Positions 50,761-64,000 of a stretch of DNA of 64,000 bases are shown piece by piece. The stretch comes from Anthoceros angustus (taxonomy: Eukaryota; Plantae; Anthocerotophyta). Below the pieces are notes generated by a model. It ran no database searches. It saw nothing but the letters and a program-made list of their open reading frames with translations, and was not told the origin of the DNA. Location of the stretch: the NCBI GenBank assembly GCA_010909165.1, contig VJWM01000068.1, forward strand, positions 1,426,001 through 1,490,000, read 5' to 3'. The position numbers and the translations under genes are program-made. Every line of letters starts with the position of its first letter. Within the stretch, counting starts at the first letter, position 1.

Positions 50761-52817
50761 TCATGATCCATTGTTGAATTGCGGGCAAGCGTTAGAGAAG
50801 GTACAGAACCGGCATTTCCATAGTTCATCTTTGGGGACAAAACCAGCCTCCCTCGCACCTCTATAGTAGTGCAATTGCCACCTTAACTGCTCTTTCAACC
50901 ACTCTTGCTGATAGTAGAACTCGTCTTCCGCAATCAAAGACCGGTCAGCTTGCCATTCATACCTGTCACGGTAGAGGGTCAGTAAGCGCAGATGTACGTG
51001 GGGAAACTGCCATGGGACGAAATGGCACCGACGTGGGCAGGTTACCTACCGCAACAAAAGAGTGTCGTGTGATATGGAGAAGGCATTCAATGCGTCTTTG
51101 AACGACCTCAGAAAATCATCTAGAGTCTCAATCTGCTGAAGGCCACAAGGGTGAGGTATTAAGGACCTGCTTACTTACCGAGCACAACAAGGGGAACAGA
51201 CAGAAAGACGCTGCATTCAGTACTTACAGAGGCCTCGTAACCCACAGTAGTTTGCGCCAGTATTTGCACATCAGGTGAAAGACGTTGATTCCTATCTAAC
51301 CCAAAGAACCCGATAAATGAGTCATCTGGAAAGGGAGACGAGACCATTTGATCCCACAGTAATTTGTAGAGCATCAGCTGCATTCTGCAAGACCGTGGAT
51401 GCCATCCAAGTGCAAGTCAACGGTCTGACAATGTCCAAGCAGCCATCACCGCAGGAAGTTAACGGTAATCAACTCATCCCACCTTCCATTCCGTTTTTGA
51501 GGATCGGCCGGAGTTGTGGGTCTCACTCGAGTCTTCGTGTCTACTATCAATGGACGGAAGGCGTCATTTCTCTCACATAAGCGTAACTCATCGATGATCC
51601 CCACCACCCATGCGTCTTCTACCAGGCCCATCCTGCAAGAATAATCAAGTTAAGCTACACCTAACATGCCCCTTACAGGAGACATGCCCGTGAAGGGCAT
51701 CGCTTCATTTAGTTAGCATCTTCTTCAAGACATCCTTCATCATGCTTTTCAGTTACGTCCTGAAGAAAGTGAGAGAAAACCTACACAGGAAGTTCACGGG
51801 TCAAGCCTTCTAAGATAAGCTGTTGAGCCCCAACCAGGAAGTTCAATAATCGCACTGCATATGCATCTTCCTTCGTCTCTGTTGTCATCGCCACTTTCGT
51901 GACCACCTACATGATGGACAGGCAGCAAAGTCACTATGGATACAAGCCATTTCCTCAACCGTATCTGCCCTAGACCATTCGTCTAGCATCTCCGAGGCAA
52001 TGGCTCACCTCAAGCTCCAGCTCTGTGTGACGAGCTGATCCTGCTTTCATGGCCGCAGTTTTACCTGGTTTGCCTTTGATTAAGGAGAATTCCACCTGCT
52101 TCTCACACCATTCCTACAGAATGTGGAAGGGAGACATTATTGACATGAGAGCAACCGCAAGCATATGAGACTAACCCCTCAGAAGACAAACACACGAAGG
52201 AATCGGCATACCAATGCGGTGAAGTCAGTGACTGCCAGACCACTTTGCAAGCGCCTTCGAAGAACTTTTGCCACCCTCACTCGGTCAGCATCTTCGTTCT
52301 CATCCTCGACCGGCTTGGCCTTAGAGAAGACATCTTCTATATCCCCAACACTTCCATTTGCTGCCGTCAAACTTCCAACAACAGCGGCACCCATGGTAGC
52401 GGAGTTGGATCCAGAAAGGTCATCAACAGCTGACTTGATATCCGTGGCGGCTGACTCCTCATGGCCTTCACTGGAACGAGAGGAAAAAGTCCACTTCGCC
52501 CCATCAGCAGCAACTGTTCTTGAACACTTGAGCAGCTTTGGCTGGCGGTCTGGAGTAGGACCACAGAAAAGGGGAAGGTGTTGAGAAGTGGGAAAAAAAC
52601 CTGTAGCGGACGAGGAAGCCAACAATGGGCCCTTCTCTGGATACACAGCAGCAGGCACATGGCGAGCCACAGGGACCTGTAAGAAAGCAGCCTCTATTGC
52701 TGCCATTTCATCTTCGTCTACCAGTTCAAATGGGATGTCAGTGAAAAGTATGCCATCAACCCCCATACAGGACACTTGTGGTGACCAATGCGGTACGTGT
52801 GACAAGTTTGGGTACAA
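50761..52817 (-). CDS. EXO5: Exonuclease V (EXO5/DEM1 family, Fe-S nuclease), about 7 exons
   Basis: IPFELVDEDEMAAIEAA, LAVTDFTAL|EWCEKQ, GSARHTELELE, LTRELPV, VVGIIDEL, IVDTKTR, MQLMLYKLLWD, YEWQAD, WKCRFCTFSNACP with a stop at 50761-63. The start could also be Met 52766. Confidence 0.9.
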
Positions 52818-53289
52818 TCATGTCTGATGCTGAGACAAAAGTTGAAGATTTCTAGTCGTAGACTTCAGGGAGTGCAACAGTCTTGCCTCCTGCCAACCAG
52901 AACCTCTGAAACTCTTCACTGCTACCAGCGATTCCACGAAAACGTTGTCCCACTGCTGTTCAACCCACTGCGCTTATGTTATGCTGCAGAAGAAGGAGAA
53001 GAGGTTCACACGAAAACTTAGAACAATGCAATCCCAGTCACCTGACTGCAGAGCCAGCCGCAATCTGGAAGCGGAAAATATCCTGCAGGCCATCGGTATC
53101 GCCTCATACACGCAATTGCTGCCACAGGTTGAAGCAGTCGTTGCCCACGATTTTGCCAGAGATTATGACAATTTTGACCACCATTCCCAGATGCTGCGGT
53201 GAAGGCAAGTGCGGATTTCCAGAGTCTCAGAGTGTAAGCGGTTGCGGGGTGCAATCCGCTGACGTTCTAATGCGGTGAACCGCCTTGAC

Positions 53290-53303
53290 CTAAACCCTAA
53301 ACC
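53290..53303 (+). promoter_or_regulatory. Telo-box in the divergent EXO5 intergenic region
   Basis: CTAAACCCTAAACC. Confidence 0.5.
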
Positions 53304-53498
53304 TTGATGCGCTGGTGGTATAACGCCTCGATCGCAGCGGGGGTTTGGCTGGCACATGGCCAGCCTGTTGTTGTCGGGTTGGTCTTGGATTTCTAGTCCT
53401 CTAAATCAAATCTGATCTGCTGAGGAGCCCAAAGCCATGTTAAAGCACGGTCAACATGATGCCAGATCGCAGAAGAAGTGAAGGATTGCAGAGCAGGT

Positions 53499-54931
53499 AT
53501 GATAAGGAGAAGCTTGATTCCGGTGCAACGGCTGTCGAGGATGCATCTGGCAGCTGTTCGGAGGGCATCCGGAGCAGCAGAGAGTGGACAGATTTCTACC
53601 TCACCGAAGGCCACTCCTCAGCAGGAGTGGGAAGCAGCAGCCAGGGAAGACCGGCTGGACTTCACGACTGCAGCCAAATTGCTGTTTTCTGAGCAAGCCA
53701 GGCCGAAGAAATTTGGGTGAGCTTGACATCCCTTCTCCGAATGGTTTATCTCCTTCAACACATTTTGATGCATGCTCAGATCCGTTGAGGTGACTGTGGC
53801 AGGTTTTGTTTGTGGTATTGAAGATTTTTCTTCTGTCGGATTTGAGCAGGATTGACTTCCACATTGTGCAGTTCATCTTAGCATGCTTGCCTTCTCTCGG
53901 TAAAGCCCCGAACTTGGTTGCTTCGCATACAAAATCTGTGGCCTTTTTCCGACTGTTGATCGGGGTGTCCCTGATTGTGTCTGCAGCTGTGTATCTGGTT
54001 GCTATGTACGCACGGTCTGAGATGCGAAAGCTTGAAAAGGTGAGCAGCAACTGCAGAAAAGCATCTTGGAAGTGCAGTTTTGGAACCACAACTTAATGTC
54101 GGACTCCTGTGTCTGCACTTGGACCAACTCTACTGTTTGCTGGAGCAGGACAAGGAACGCCTAGCTATTGAGCAGGCGAAGCGGAAGCCATCTCGAACCG
54201 ATGTGGAGCTTTCAAAGATCATAGCACGGTTGGAGACTATCGAGGGGGTGGTCCAGGAGTTGCAAGGTGACGCATCGAAACCTGTAGAAGTCCCTGTCAA
54301 GGAAGCAGAGTCGGCCCAGACTCATGGCGATCGGGGCTCCAAGGAGTTGAACCAGGGACCCCAGAATAAAGAAAGTCTCGCACCAGACGTCGAGAAGGAG
54401 AAATGTGTAGCAGGTTCTACTCAGAAACAAGTGACGTCTGACTCGCAGAATGATGCAGCTCATGAGAGCAGAGTGAGTGGACGACCAACGTTTGGATGTG
54501 GAAGGGAGGAGACATCTACCTCGAAGGAGGATCCACCCGATGCTAACAGAATCAGTGGACAAGACAGTGTTACCAGAAGAAGGGAGGAAACATCCTCCCG
54601 TCAGAAGGAAGCATCCGATGAGATTAGAATTAGTGGACCACGAAAAGACGGAAAGGAGGAGGCATCTTCCGGGCAGACGGGGGGTACACAGCCAAGAGGT
54701 AGAGGGGAGGAGGCCAGGAGCCCAGAGAGGAGGTATGAGGCGGAATATGGAGGGCAGAGCACGAGAAGACCTGGTTACTTCAAGTGGCCCTGGACCGGAA
54801 TCAGGAAGGCTGTGACTCAAACAGAAACTCTTGCAGCGCCAGGGTCTGTGGGTGAGCAGGGAGAGGCTGTAGCTGGTGGTGCTAGTTCAAGGAATAGTCA
54901 GGAAGCTGTAATGTCTGGTAATTCACAGTAA
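53499..54931 (+). CDS. Conserved uncharacterised plant protein (Arg-rich N-terminus, one hydrophobic segment, coiled coil), 4 exons
   Basis: Exons 53499-53716, 53850-53899, 53987-54039 and ~54150-54931: LDFTTAAKLLF...PKKFG|IDFHIVQFILACLPSL|AVYLVAMYARSEMRKLEK|...IIARLETIE. I recall this motif from uncharacterised plant proteins; the start codon is uncertain. Confidence 0.75.
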
Positions 54932-55285
54932 TCGAATGAAAAAGCAGTCTGGAGTGCGCCGGAGTTTGCCAAACAATGGTACGTGGGAAAATGGACAACG
55001 ACGACACTTATCCCTCGGATAAAAGGGCGTTTTGGAGAAATCTGTTGTGATCCCAGTAAAGAATCATTCCATGGTGAAAAGGCTGAAAGGACTACCAATG
55101 AGATGAATCGAGTTGCTTGACGCAATCAAGGCGAGGGCTTGACCACGACGTGATCAATAAGGTACAGAGGTGCAGAGCTGTTTGGACAATTACACATGTT
55201 TGAAAATGTACATTTGGCTGGCATTGGACACAGCCGGAGTCCCTACAGCACCCCAAAATGCACAAGCTGGATGATCAACAAGTCT

Positions 55286-55991
55286 TTACTCGTTGAAGTA
55301 GCCATCCTTCCTGCCCTTGAAGCCGATTTGGCCGAAGGTGAGGACGATGAAGAGACCAAGGTGCCATGTGACCAACCACAACCTGAACAATAATGGCACG
55401 CAAAGATTACACAACCACCAACGCGGCTCCCAAGCAACACCAACGTTCCAGACACAGGTAGGAATTACCAGAATGGAGAGGTAAGGGCTGGGCCAGTTGG
55501 CCAGTGAGCCAGCTCGGGGCCGATACTGTTGAAGAAGAGCCCTGACAGACTATCGCCGTTGATAATGGGCAGACTGGAGGGCGCAATCCAGCCGATGAGG
55601 CCGAACCCGACGACGGACAGGTCCTTTCTCAACCAGTCCCTGTTGAAGCTGCAGGCCAAACACGTACGTCACGTCGGGAGGATGCAAACTCACTCAGGCT
55701 CCAATGCAGCTACAAAAAAGCACTGCCAGCCCACTAACCAGGTAACCCGCGACATGCCGGCATCAGACTGCATAGGAGCTACCAATGCCCTGTCTCCGGC
55801 AACGAACGCTGCAGCCACAGAAGCCGAGCACCTCATCAACATCCAGCATTCTCACCTTGCTCACATTGCTGCCAAGTAGCAGGCCCGACAAGCTCACCTG
55901 AGCTGAGCTGCAGCTTGGAGCGGGACGGTCTCCTGACGGACAGGGTGGAGCCTCCGAGTCCGGCCACAGGGCTCACGGCAGCAGCGGCCAT
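55286..55991 (-). CDS. PSAO: Photosystem I subunit O, 4 exons
   Basis: Exons 55991-55898, 55808-55739, 55648-55469 and 55382-55286: transit peptide, then RVTCFNRDWLRKDLSVVGFGLIGWIAPSS...SPFWLWLVTWHLGLFIVLTFGQIGFKGR. Confidence 0.96.
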
Positions 55992-56398
55992 TGTCGCCAT
56001 CCCGTCGCTTCGATGAAATGCAGCGGAAATGAAGACGGCGGTCCTCAGGTGGTCGAGCGACTGCTACAGGTCGGGACAGAGCCTTGGTAGAGGCGCGCGT
56101 GAGGCCGGGTTTGAGTAACAAGGCCCGCAGACGACGGGCTTCCAGCCAATTGCGCGATCCCCTTCTGGATATGTGGCCCGCGGCTATTGGTGCCGGATAA
56201 TTGCAAGGGATAGGCCTCACGCCCTCTATTTTTCTCGAAGGGGGAAATATTGCAGGATGATTGAATGGCAATGGCTGGGGCGCAGACTGTGAAAATCCTA
56301 AAAGCATGTGGAGGAGAGTCATGGGTTATGAAAAATCATCTACTGCGTAGTGTCATATATTCGTTGATATGTCTTAGGATAGATGATCTATTAGTATC

Positions 56399-56815
56399 TA
56401 TCCCCTCGAGACTCATGGGGCTATGGGCAAGGACTTCTCTAGGTTAATTAAGGAGTGTGCAAAAGCGTATGACAGCCATAGGAATTGGAGGGGCCTCCCC
56501 CTTTCCTCCGTGGTGGCTTTCTTTCGCCAGCAGGTTTCTATAGCTCTGCAGAAAGCGCTGGCTAATGCTGTTTATAGGACGGCTACAAGCGCAGGACAAA
56601 CGGCTTCTTCGGCACCGATGGTAGGTAGGCCCTTTATCATCCCCTGATCACGATATCATTGGTGCAGTAGGTAGTTATGGGAAAGGCATTCGAGGGGACT
56701 AGGACTTCCCTTTTTACTATTAGCCCTTCTTGGGTTGTTCCTCCTCGGACTCCAGGGGTAGATGGGATTCCCCATCTCGCCTATTAATAACGTCTACTCT
56801 TCTATCTATTAAGTA
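56399..56815 (+). mobile_element. 5'-truncated non-LTR retrotransposon 3' end (RLE type, CRE-like)
   Basis: YPLETHGAMGKDFSRLIKECAK...FFRQQVSIALQKALANAV matches the PxxxETxG...RQRxSIALQ C-terminal motif of RLE non-LTR ORFs; followed by a 3' UTR. Confidence 0.65.
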
Positions 56816-57306
56816 GCTTCACATAATTGTTGATGTGTCAGAGATGCTTAAAAATATGGAGGAATCCATCGTTACTATATTTTTGGAACATTGTTAGCAC
56901 TTCCACAACAGTCTTATTCTCTCGAAGAGTAGAACGAGAGAACAAACCGATCACTGTACAAGTACATGGTCCTTGAGTAAAATAGTGTCTTGCTTATTCA
57001 GCATGGAAAACATGTCAAATATGATTGACTTCTAATATTATAATATAAAAGTAAATTTATAAGGATATACTTAAAGAATACACATTGTGGAATATATGTA
57101 CATTAGTGTACGGGTCAAGTATCTTAATGTTCTTGAGAAACGGAGAGAAAATATATATTATATTATTTTTAAAATAAAGAGATAATGATACATTAATATC
57201 TTACATATAGTAGATATATATTTATTTGGGTTCGTACATATTGGGAGATGCCTATAGCAAATGCAAGTAAGCTTCAAGTACAAGAAATAGAACCAGAGGG
57301 TTAGCA

Positions 57307-57789
57307 ATGTTATTCAAGTTGTATTGTCTCACATCATTTATAGTCTTCTATAGCACACTCATTTTTGCCGAACTACTTGATATGAGTACACTTGGTCATA
57401 CTTATGAAAAACATGAATGTAGTCCAATATTGGCTAATCGTGACTTATGGATTCAAGTTGAAACAAGGACAGAACACGTCATTGGATGGACGGCTGGTAG
57501 ATGGCCTCCCACACATTTAGTAGTATCATCAAAAAATATCATAGCTTCAGCTAATTGTTTCGGTTTGCAAAGCTATTTCTATGACTCTCCAACATTCTCA
57601 CCCTCCGATCTAAGAAAAGCAAAAGCAGCATGTTACTCATGCCTAAGTTTCATAAGGTCTAAGCTTTTAGCAGTGGAATTCTGTTACAACAAGTTGTTAG
57701 GAAGATATGCTTCAACACAATGCGTACTAACATATGAACTTTTTCCACTTGGTAATGGTCGTGATGTTTGTCCATTACCATGGCCCTAA
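57307..57789 (+). CDS. Second secreted single-domain Gnk2/DUF26-like protein
   Basis: Signal-peptide-like MLFKLYCLTSFIVFYSTLIFA; HEC, IIASANC, ACYSCLSFI, FCYNKLLGRYASTQCVLTYE parallel Gnk2 RATC / CTACL / ICNNAIGARVQLVDCFIQYE; intronless. Confidence 0.7.
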   Translation: MLFKLYCLTSFIVFYSTLIFAELLDMSTLGHTYEKHECSPILANRDLWIQVETRTEHVIGWTAGRWPPTHLVVSSKNIIASANCFGLQSYFYDSPTFSPSDLRKAKAACYSCLSFIRSKLLAVEFCYNKLLGRYASTQCVLTYELFPLGNGRDVCPLPWP

Positions 57790-57927
57790 AATATTGTTGT
57801 AGTGGAATTTTGTTACAACAAGTTGTTACGAAGATATGCTTCAACACAATGCGTATTAACATATGAACTTTTTCCACTTGGTAATGGTCGTGATGTTTGT
57901 CCATTACCATGGCCCTAAAATATTGTT
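57672..57927 (+). repeat. 129-bp tandem duplication of the 3' end of the Gnk2-like ORF
   Basis: AGTGGAATT... starts at 57672 and again at 57801; three internal substitutions. Confidence 0.95.
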
Positions 57928-58199
57928 CTTCCTATAGGGTTATCTCATATCATATTAATGAATCATGTTTATCATCAACCACTAGAAGACGTGACAATGA
58001 CTGAAGTAAGAGTCTTTTATGTTATGCTTTCCTTGTCGGAAAAATATATCATGTTTGGATAATAAGAATAAAGATTTAGAAAGAAAAAAACTAAACAAGA
58101 ATAATGTATTCACAATTTTTGCACGTTGTTATTACATTTGAGGAAGTAGACAACATCACGTTTGTTTTTATTAAAACTTTTATTTATTAAAAATAATAA

Positions 58200-58734
58200 A
58201 AAGTAAGCACAAGATGGAACAATCCCTAGATGGGCTGTATATTTTATTGAGGGAAAAAGACGATGGAAAAAAAACTCATCCAGTAGGGGATAACCAAGGT
58301 GGACCCCGAGGGTCAAGGTGAAAAGGAGCGACTAAGCTCCTTACCTAGAGTTACCTACTTCTCCCATAACATCATATTCAAGAAGAACAAATGGCCTACA
58401 AAATTGTCATCGAGAGGGCCCTTTGAAGGGTAATGGAGACTCAAACTATGGAGGAAGAGAAAGAAGCGTCACTTGCCGTTGCCATCGAGAGGACCCTTTG
58501 AAGGGTAATAGAAACTCACTATCTAAAGTAAGCTGTGAAATAAGAAAGGAACAGCCTCGCACCATGCCTACGGGAGTGGTAGGATTTGGTATAGGACTTG
58601 AGAAGTTTATCGAAGTCTATAATCGTTGTCCCATATATTTGAAGTGCGAGGGGAGTAAAGAAGTGACCCACTTGCATCCCTAGATGTAGTTTATAGCTGT
58701 TAGATTTTGAGATCATTCTTGCTAGAAGATGCAT
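58200..58734 (-). mobile_element. Second RLE-type (CRE-like) non-LTR 3' fragment, convergent with the first
   Basis: GHFFTPLALQIYG...YFTAYFR*RVSITLQRVLSM; the RVSITLQR segment is duplicated about 75 bp apart; followed by an AT-rich tail. Confidence 0.6.
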
Positions 58735-59030
58735 AGAAATGAAAAAAAAAATGTGAAACCTAACTTGGCTAATCTTGATGGGATGTTTACGGTAAACTTA
58801 ACTCGCGTGATGAGTTGGTTGGTAATGAGCTACAGGCCTGTTATGGTTTTGGGCGGATGACACGGCTCGTATGCTCTGCCTCGCTTCAGGTCCACATCTC
58901 TCTCTGTGCCATTTCTCGAGTCCCGCTTTCAGCTCCTGCAACCGTGGAATCAGTGCAGCTGCATTTGCCCATCTCTGCCCATCTGCTGCTGCTGCTGCTA
59001 CTGTCGAGAGGAGGCTGCCGGTGACCAGCC

Positions 59031-60677
<1,647 letters not shown>

Positions 60678-61226
60678 CCTGGTTGGACCCAATTTTTGCC
60701 CAAGTCGAGTGCGTTGTGTCAAAGCAAGTCAGTCTGAGTCATCCTCTTGTAACAGTAGGCCACCATCAAACCAGCCAGCCATTTTTGAGCACTCTTGTTT
60801 CTCTTCCTACACACTGTACATGGCCGGACGCAGATTCCCCTTCCCCCTTCCCCCTTCCATGCCAAGCTTGTCCAGGAACTCACGTGGTGAAACCTTTCGC
60901 ACAGTACATACATACATTCTTGGCCTTCTAGGTGTGAATATTTGCGGATAGGACAAAAGGGATCGGCATATCCTGCCATTTACCCCCCGAATTTTTGTGA
61001 CCTCACAGACCCAATCCGTGATCCGGTTTACGGGGCCATGCCGACCGGGATCCGAGCGTGAGGATCACAGAATGGATATTTTCTCGTCGCGCCATTGGCA
61101 TGTGGGGAATTTCCTGTCGAAATAGTCATGTTCAGAGAGTCCAGATCAATGTGGACGTTGCCAGAAATATCTGGCTTGCTATTCCTTCTTGCGAAGGAAG
61201 GAAGGAGGGCGGGAAGGAGGGTGAGT

Positions 61227-61300
61227 GGGTGGGTTGGGTTGGGTTGGGTTGGGCTGGGCTGGGCTGGGTTGGGTTGGGTTGGGTTGGGTTGAGTTGGGTT
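61227..61300 (+). repeat. (GGGTT/GGGCT)n pentamer array
   Basis: About 13-14 GGG tracts in a row. Confidence 0.9.
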
Positions 61301-61919
61301 CCATTGCGGAGGCCGGCCCGAAATATCCTGCCATCCAGCCACACAGGCACTCGGAGCAGCAACAGCCGAGGCGAGCGTGAAAGCGTCCCTTGGCCTGCTT
61401 GGATGCTACTCGACCGCGGCCGGCCGCGCTACCGTCGCCAGGTGCTGCTTCCTGCTCCTCTTGCTCTGCATTCGAGACATGGCGCGTTCCTGCTTGCGAA
61501 TTGGTTGCGACTTGGAGCAGAGCTTGCTTTGCTATCGCGATTGCGTTTCCTGTTGTCGAATACCGGATTGAAATCGGGCCTACAGGCTCGCTGCTGCCTG
61601 CATCCTCTCGCGCCGGGCCTGGTCATGACGCCGGGTTGCGGGAGGGTGAGAGAGAGGCTGCCCGCGCTGCTGCCGGGTGCGGGCCGGTGCAAATTGTAGC
61701 TTGGTGTGTGTGGCGCAATGTAGCGGGCTTGTGCCGAGGTTCTGGTGCGCGGCTTGAGGTCCCGCGCTGCCCTGCTGCGCATGCGCATGGGCATGGGGTT
61801 TGCTTGGCGATGGATTGCGTTGATTGAAGCTCTGGGAATTCGATAATGTGGCAGATTGGCGGATGCAGCTGAGGAGGAGGAGGAGGTAGAAGTGCCGGTG
61901 CCGCGCCCGGGATTCAGCC

Positions 61920-64000
61920 ATGGCTGCACTTGCACTTGCGCCGGTGCTGTCTCCGTGTCTATCTTCCTCGGCTTCTCGCTCCCCGGGCTCCACTGCCCCA
62001 GTCTCTGTATCCATTTGTGTGCGGAGGGGTTGCGTGCAGCAGCGGAGTAGCAGCTTCTTTTGCGGGACGCCTCTCAGGTCGTGCCTCCGAGTGCACTCGC
62101 TGCCTCTGGCGCCTGCGCACAGGCCTGCCATCCGCTGCATTGCGAGCGAGTCTAAGCCCAAAGGTTAGTGCCGAGGCGCTTCTTATTGCTTTTGTGTGGT
62201 ATGCATGTGGAGGCTGCAGCGTGTTTCGTGGCTGGATCGGGCGAGCACGGAGTGCGGATTCCGCTAGGCGAGGATTTGGTGCCGTTTTCGGGAAGCATGT
62301 TGTTGTAAAGGTCTTGCTTGCCAGGCCCGGTTGGCGAGTGCGCAGGGGCGTTAGGTTGTATTTGTGGATGCTTCAAGCTGGGAGGGTGGAATTGTCCGTT
62401 ACGGGGATTGGGGCCTGCGATTTTGGGGGAGCACCTGAGCTGAAGTAATGGCATTGTGTCCTACTTGTATCAGAATCGGTTTCAGACATCCCAAACATCC
62501 CATCCTCTCCTGCTGCAGACGCTGCTGCTGCAGCTGCGAGCATCAAGTACCACCACACGTTCACTCCCTCCTTCTCTCCTGTGAAGTTCGAGTTGAAGCA
62601 AGCTTATGTGGCGACAGCTCAAAGTGTGCGAGATACTCTTATTCAAAGATGGAACGAGACATACGAACACTTTCACAAGAACAACCCCAAGCAGACTTAT
62701 TACCTGTCCATGGAGTTCCTTCAGGTACAGCTCTTGTCTTGTCTGATGACGGTGAAGACTCATATCTTTTAGCAAACAATTCACGTTGTCGTTGTGTGAG
62801 CTCTGGATTATTTCACCGCCAGCTACTGGTAAGTCACTGTGGTTGTTTCGTATCCTCCAGGGCCGCGCTCTGCTGAACGCTATCGGGAACCTTCAGTTGA
62901 CAGACATTTATGCTCAAGCACTCAAGAAGCTTGGCCACGAACTTGAGCGTGTGGCGGAGCAGGTGGGCCAGGAAGTTTTCTGTGCTCCCGATCTTACTCC
63001 CTTGACTTGCCTCGTGTGCCATCTCATCGTCATGTACTCTCAATGCAGGAACCCGATCCCGCTCTCGGGAATGGAGGTCTTGGCCGGTTGGCTTCGTGTT
63101 TTCTGGATTCTCTGGCCACCTTGAACTATCCTGCCTGGGGCTATGGGCTGCGATACAAGTATGGCTTGTTTCATCAGAAAGTGACTAAAGACGGGCAGCA
63201 AGAGTTCTCCGACAACTGGCTTGAGGTAATGAGGTCATGTGGTATCGGATGCACATTGAAGGTTCTTCTGCCTTAATGAGATTGACTTCATTTGCCGGGC
63301 TTTGACTTCATTTGACTTCATTTGCCGGGCTCTCACACCAATCTGCACACGGTAGTGCAGCTTGGACACCCTTGGGAGATTGTCAGGCATGACATCACCT
63401 ATCCCGTGAGGTTCTTCGGAAAGGTTGTAGAGTCTTACGATGGCAAAAAGCAGTGGGTAGGTGGGGAGGTTGTAAATGCTACTGCCTACGATGTGCCTAT
63501 CCCTGGATACAAGACCAAGAACACGATAAGCCTGAGGCTGTGGTCTACTTCGGTACCAGCTGAAAGCTTCAATCTCGAGGCTTTCAATGCTGGTGACCAT
63601 GACAAAGCGTCTCTGGCCCATGCCAGTGCTGAGAGGGTGAGTGATTTCAAACCAACGGGTATCAGCTATGCATTGGTGCTCCTTGCTGTAAGAAATGGTC
63701 AAAAATGCCTGCTTCTGCTAAGTGTTCTCCAAGTGGGGCTGTGTTAGTCAAAAGGATAGACTGCAGGAAGTGCATGATTCTCGACGTTTCTTGCAGCCCA
63801 TACCTTATTTCCCTGTTCGTGAGGCCTGTTGAGAGGTCTTTGACTTGCAGTGAGGTGTGTCTTTTGTATGGCTCACAGTCGTCTCCTCCTATATGTCCTG
63901 ATGACACTGGGATGCCCATTATGCCAGATCTGCCTGGTCCTGTACCCAGGAGATGGGACAATGGATGGGAAGATGCTCCGCTTGAAGCAACAATATACCC
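61920..64000 (+). CDS. PHS1: Plastid alpha-glucan (starch) phosphorylase, 5' part; runs off the window
   Basis: Transit peptide, then YYLSMEFLQ|[67 protein letters not shown]...LRLKQQY. Confidence 0.95.

Noticed and set aside
60927-61345. Possible hAT-like MITE between RPI and PHS1
   Set aside because: A left end resembling TAGGTGTGAATAT is present, but no matching right TIR or TSD was found.

Overview
Nuclear DNA of a compact-genome land plant. Introns are mostly about 75-110 nt with GT-AG ends, and a DUF26 family, a CFL1 gene and a PLS-type PPR remnant are present. A non-seed plant such as a hornwort or lycophyte is my inference, not something the sequence proves. Bases 1-25.5 kb are a nest of decayed mobile DNA: Ty1/copia pol fragments, Ty3/gypsy gag fragments, two CACTA ends, an unidentified repeated element-borne protein, tandem duplications, minisatellites and a PPR pseudogene. 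From 26 kb onward the window is gene-rich. It holds exportin-2/CSE1 head-to-head with Ran, a CFL1-like WW-domain gene with a 1-nt frameshift, a U1 snRNA, a double-Dabb protein, EXO5 head-to-head with a conserved unknown protein, PsaO, a 9-exon ribose-5-phosphate isomerase and the 5' part of plastid starch phosphorylase. The best leads are two divergent intronless single-domain Gnk2/DUF26-like secreted proteins in AT-rich islands, each next to 3' ends of an RLE (CRE-like) non-LTR retrotransposon, and the CSE1-Ran divergent pair. Several indel patterns look like long-read consensus errors and should be checked against reads.
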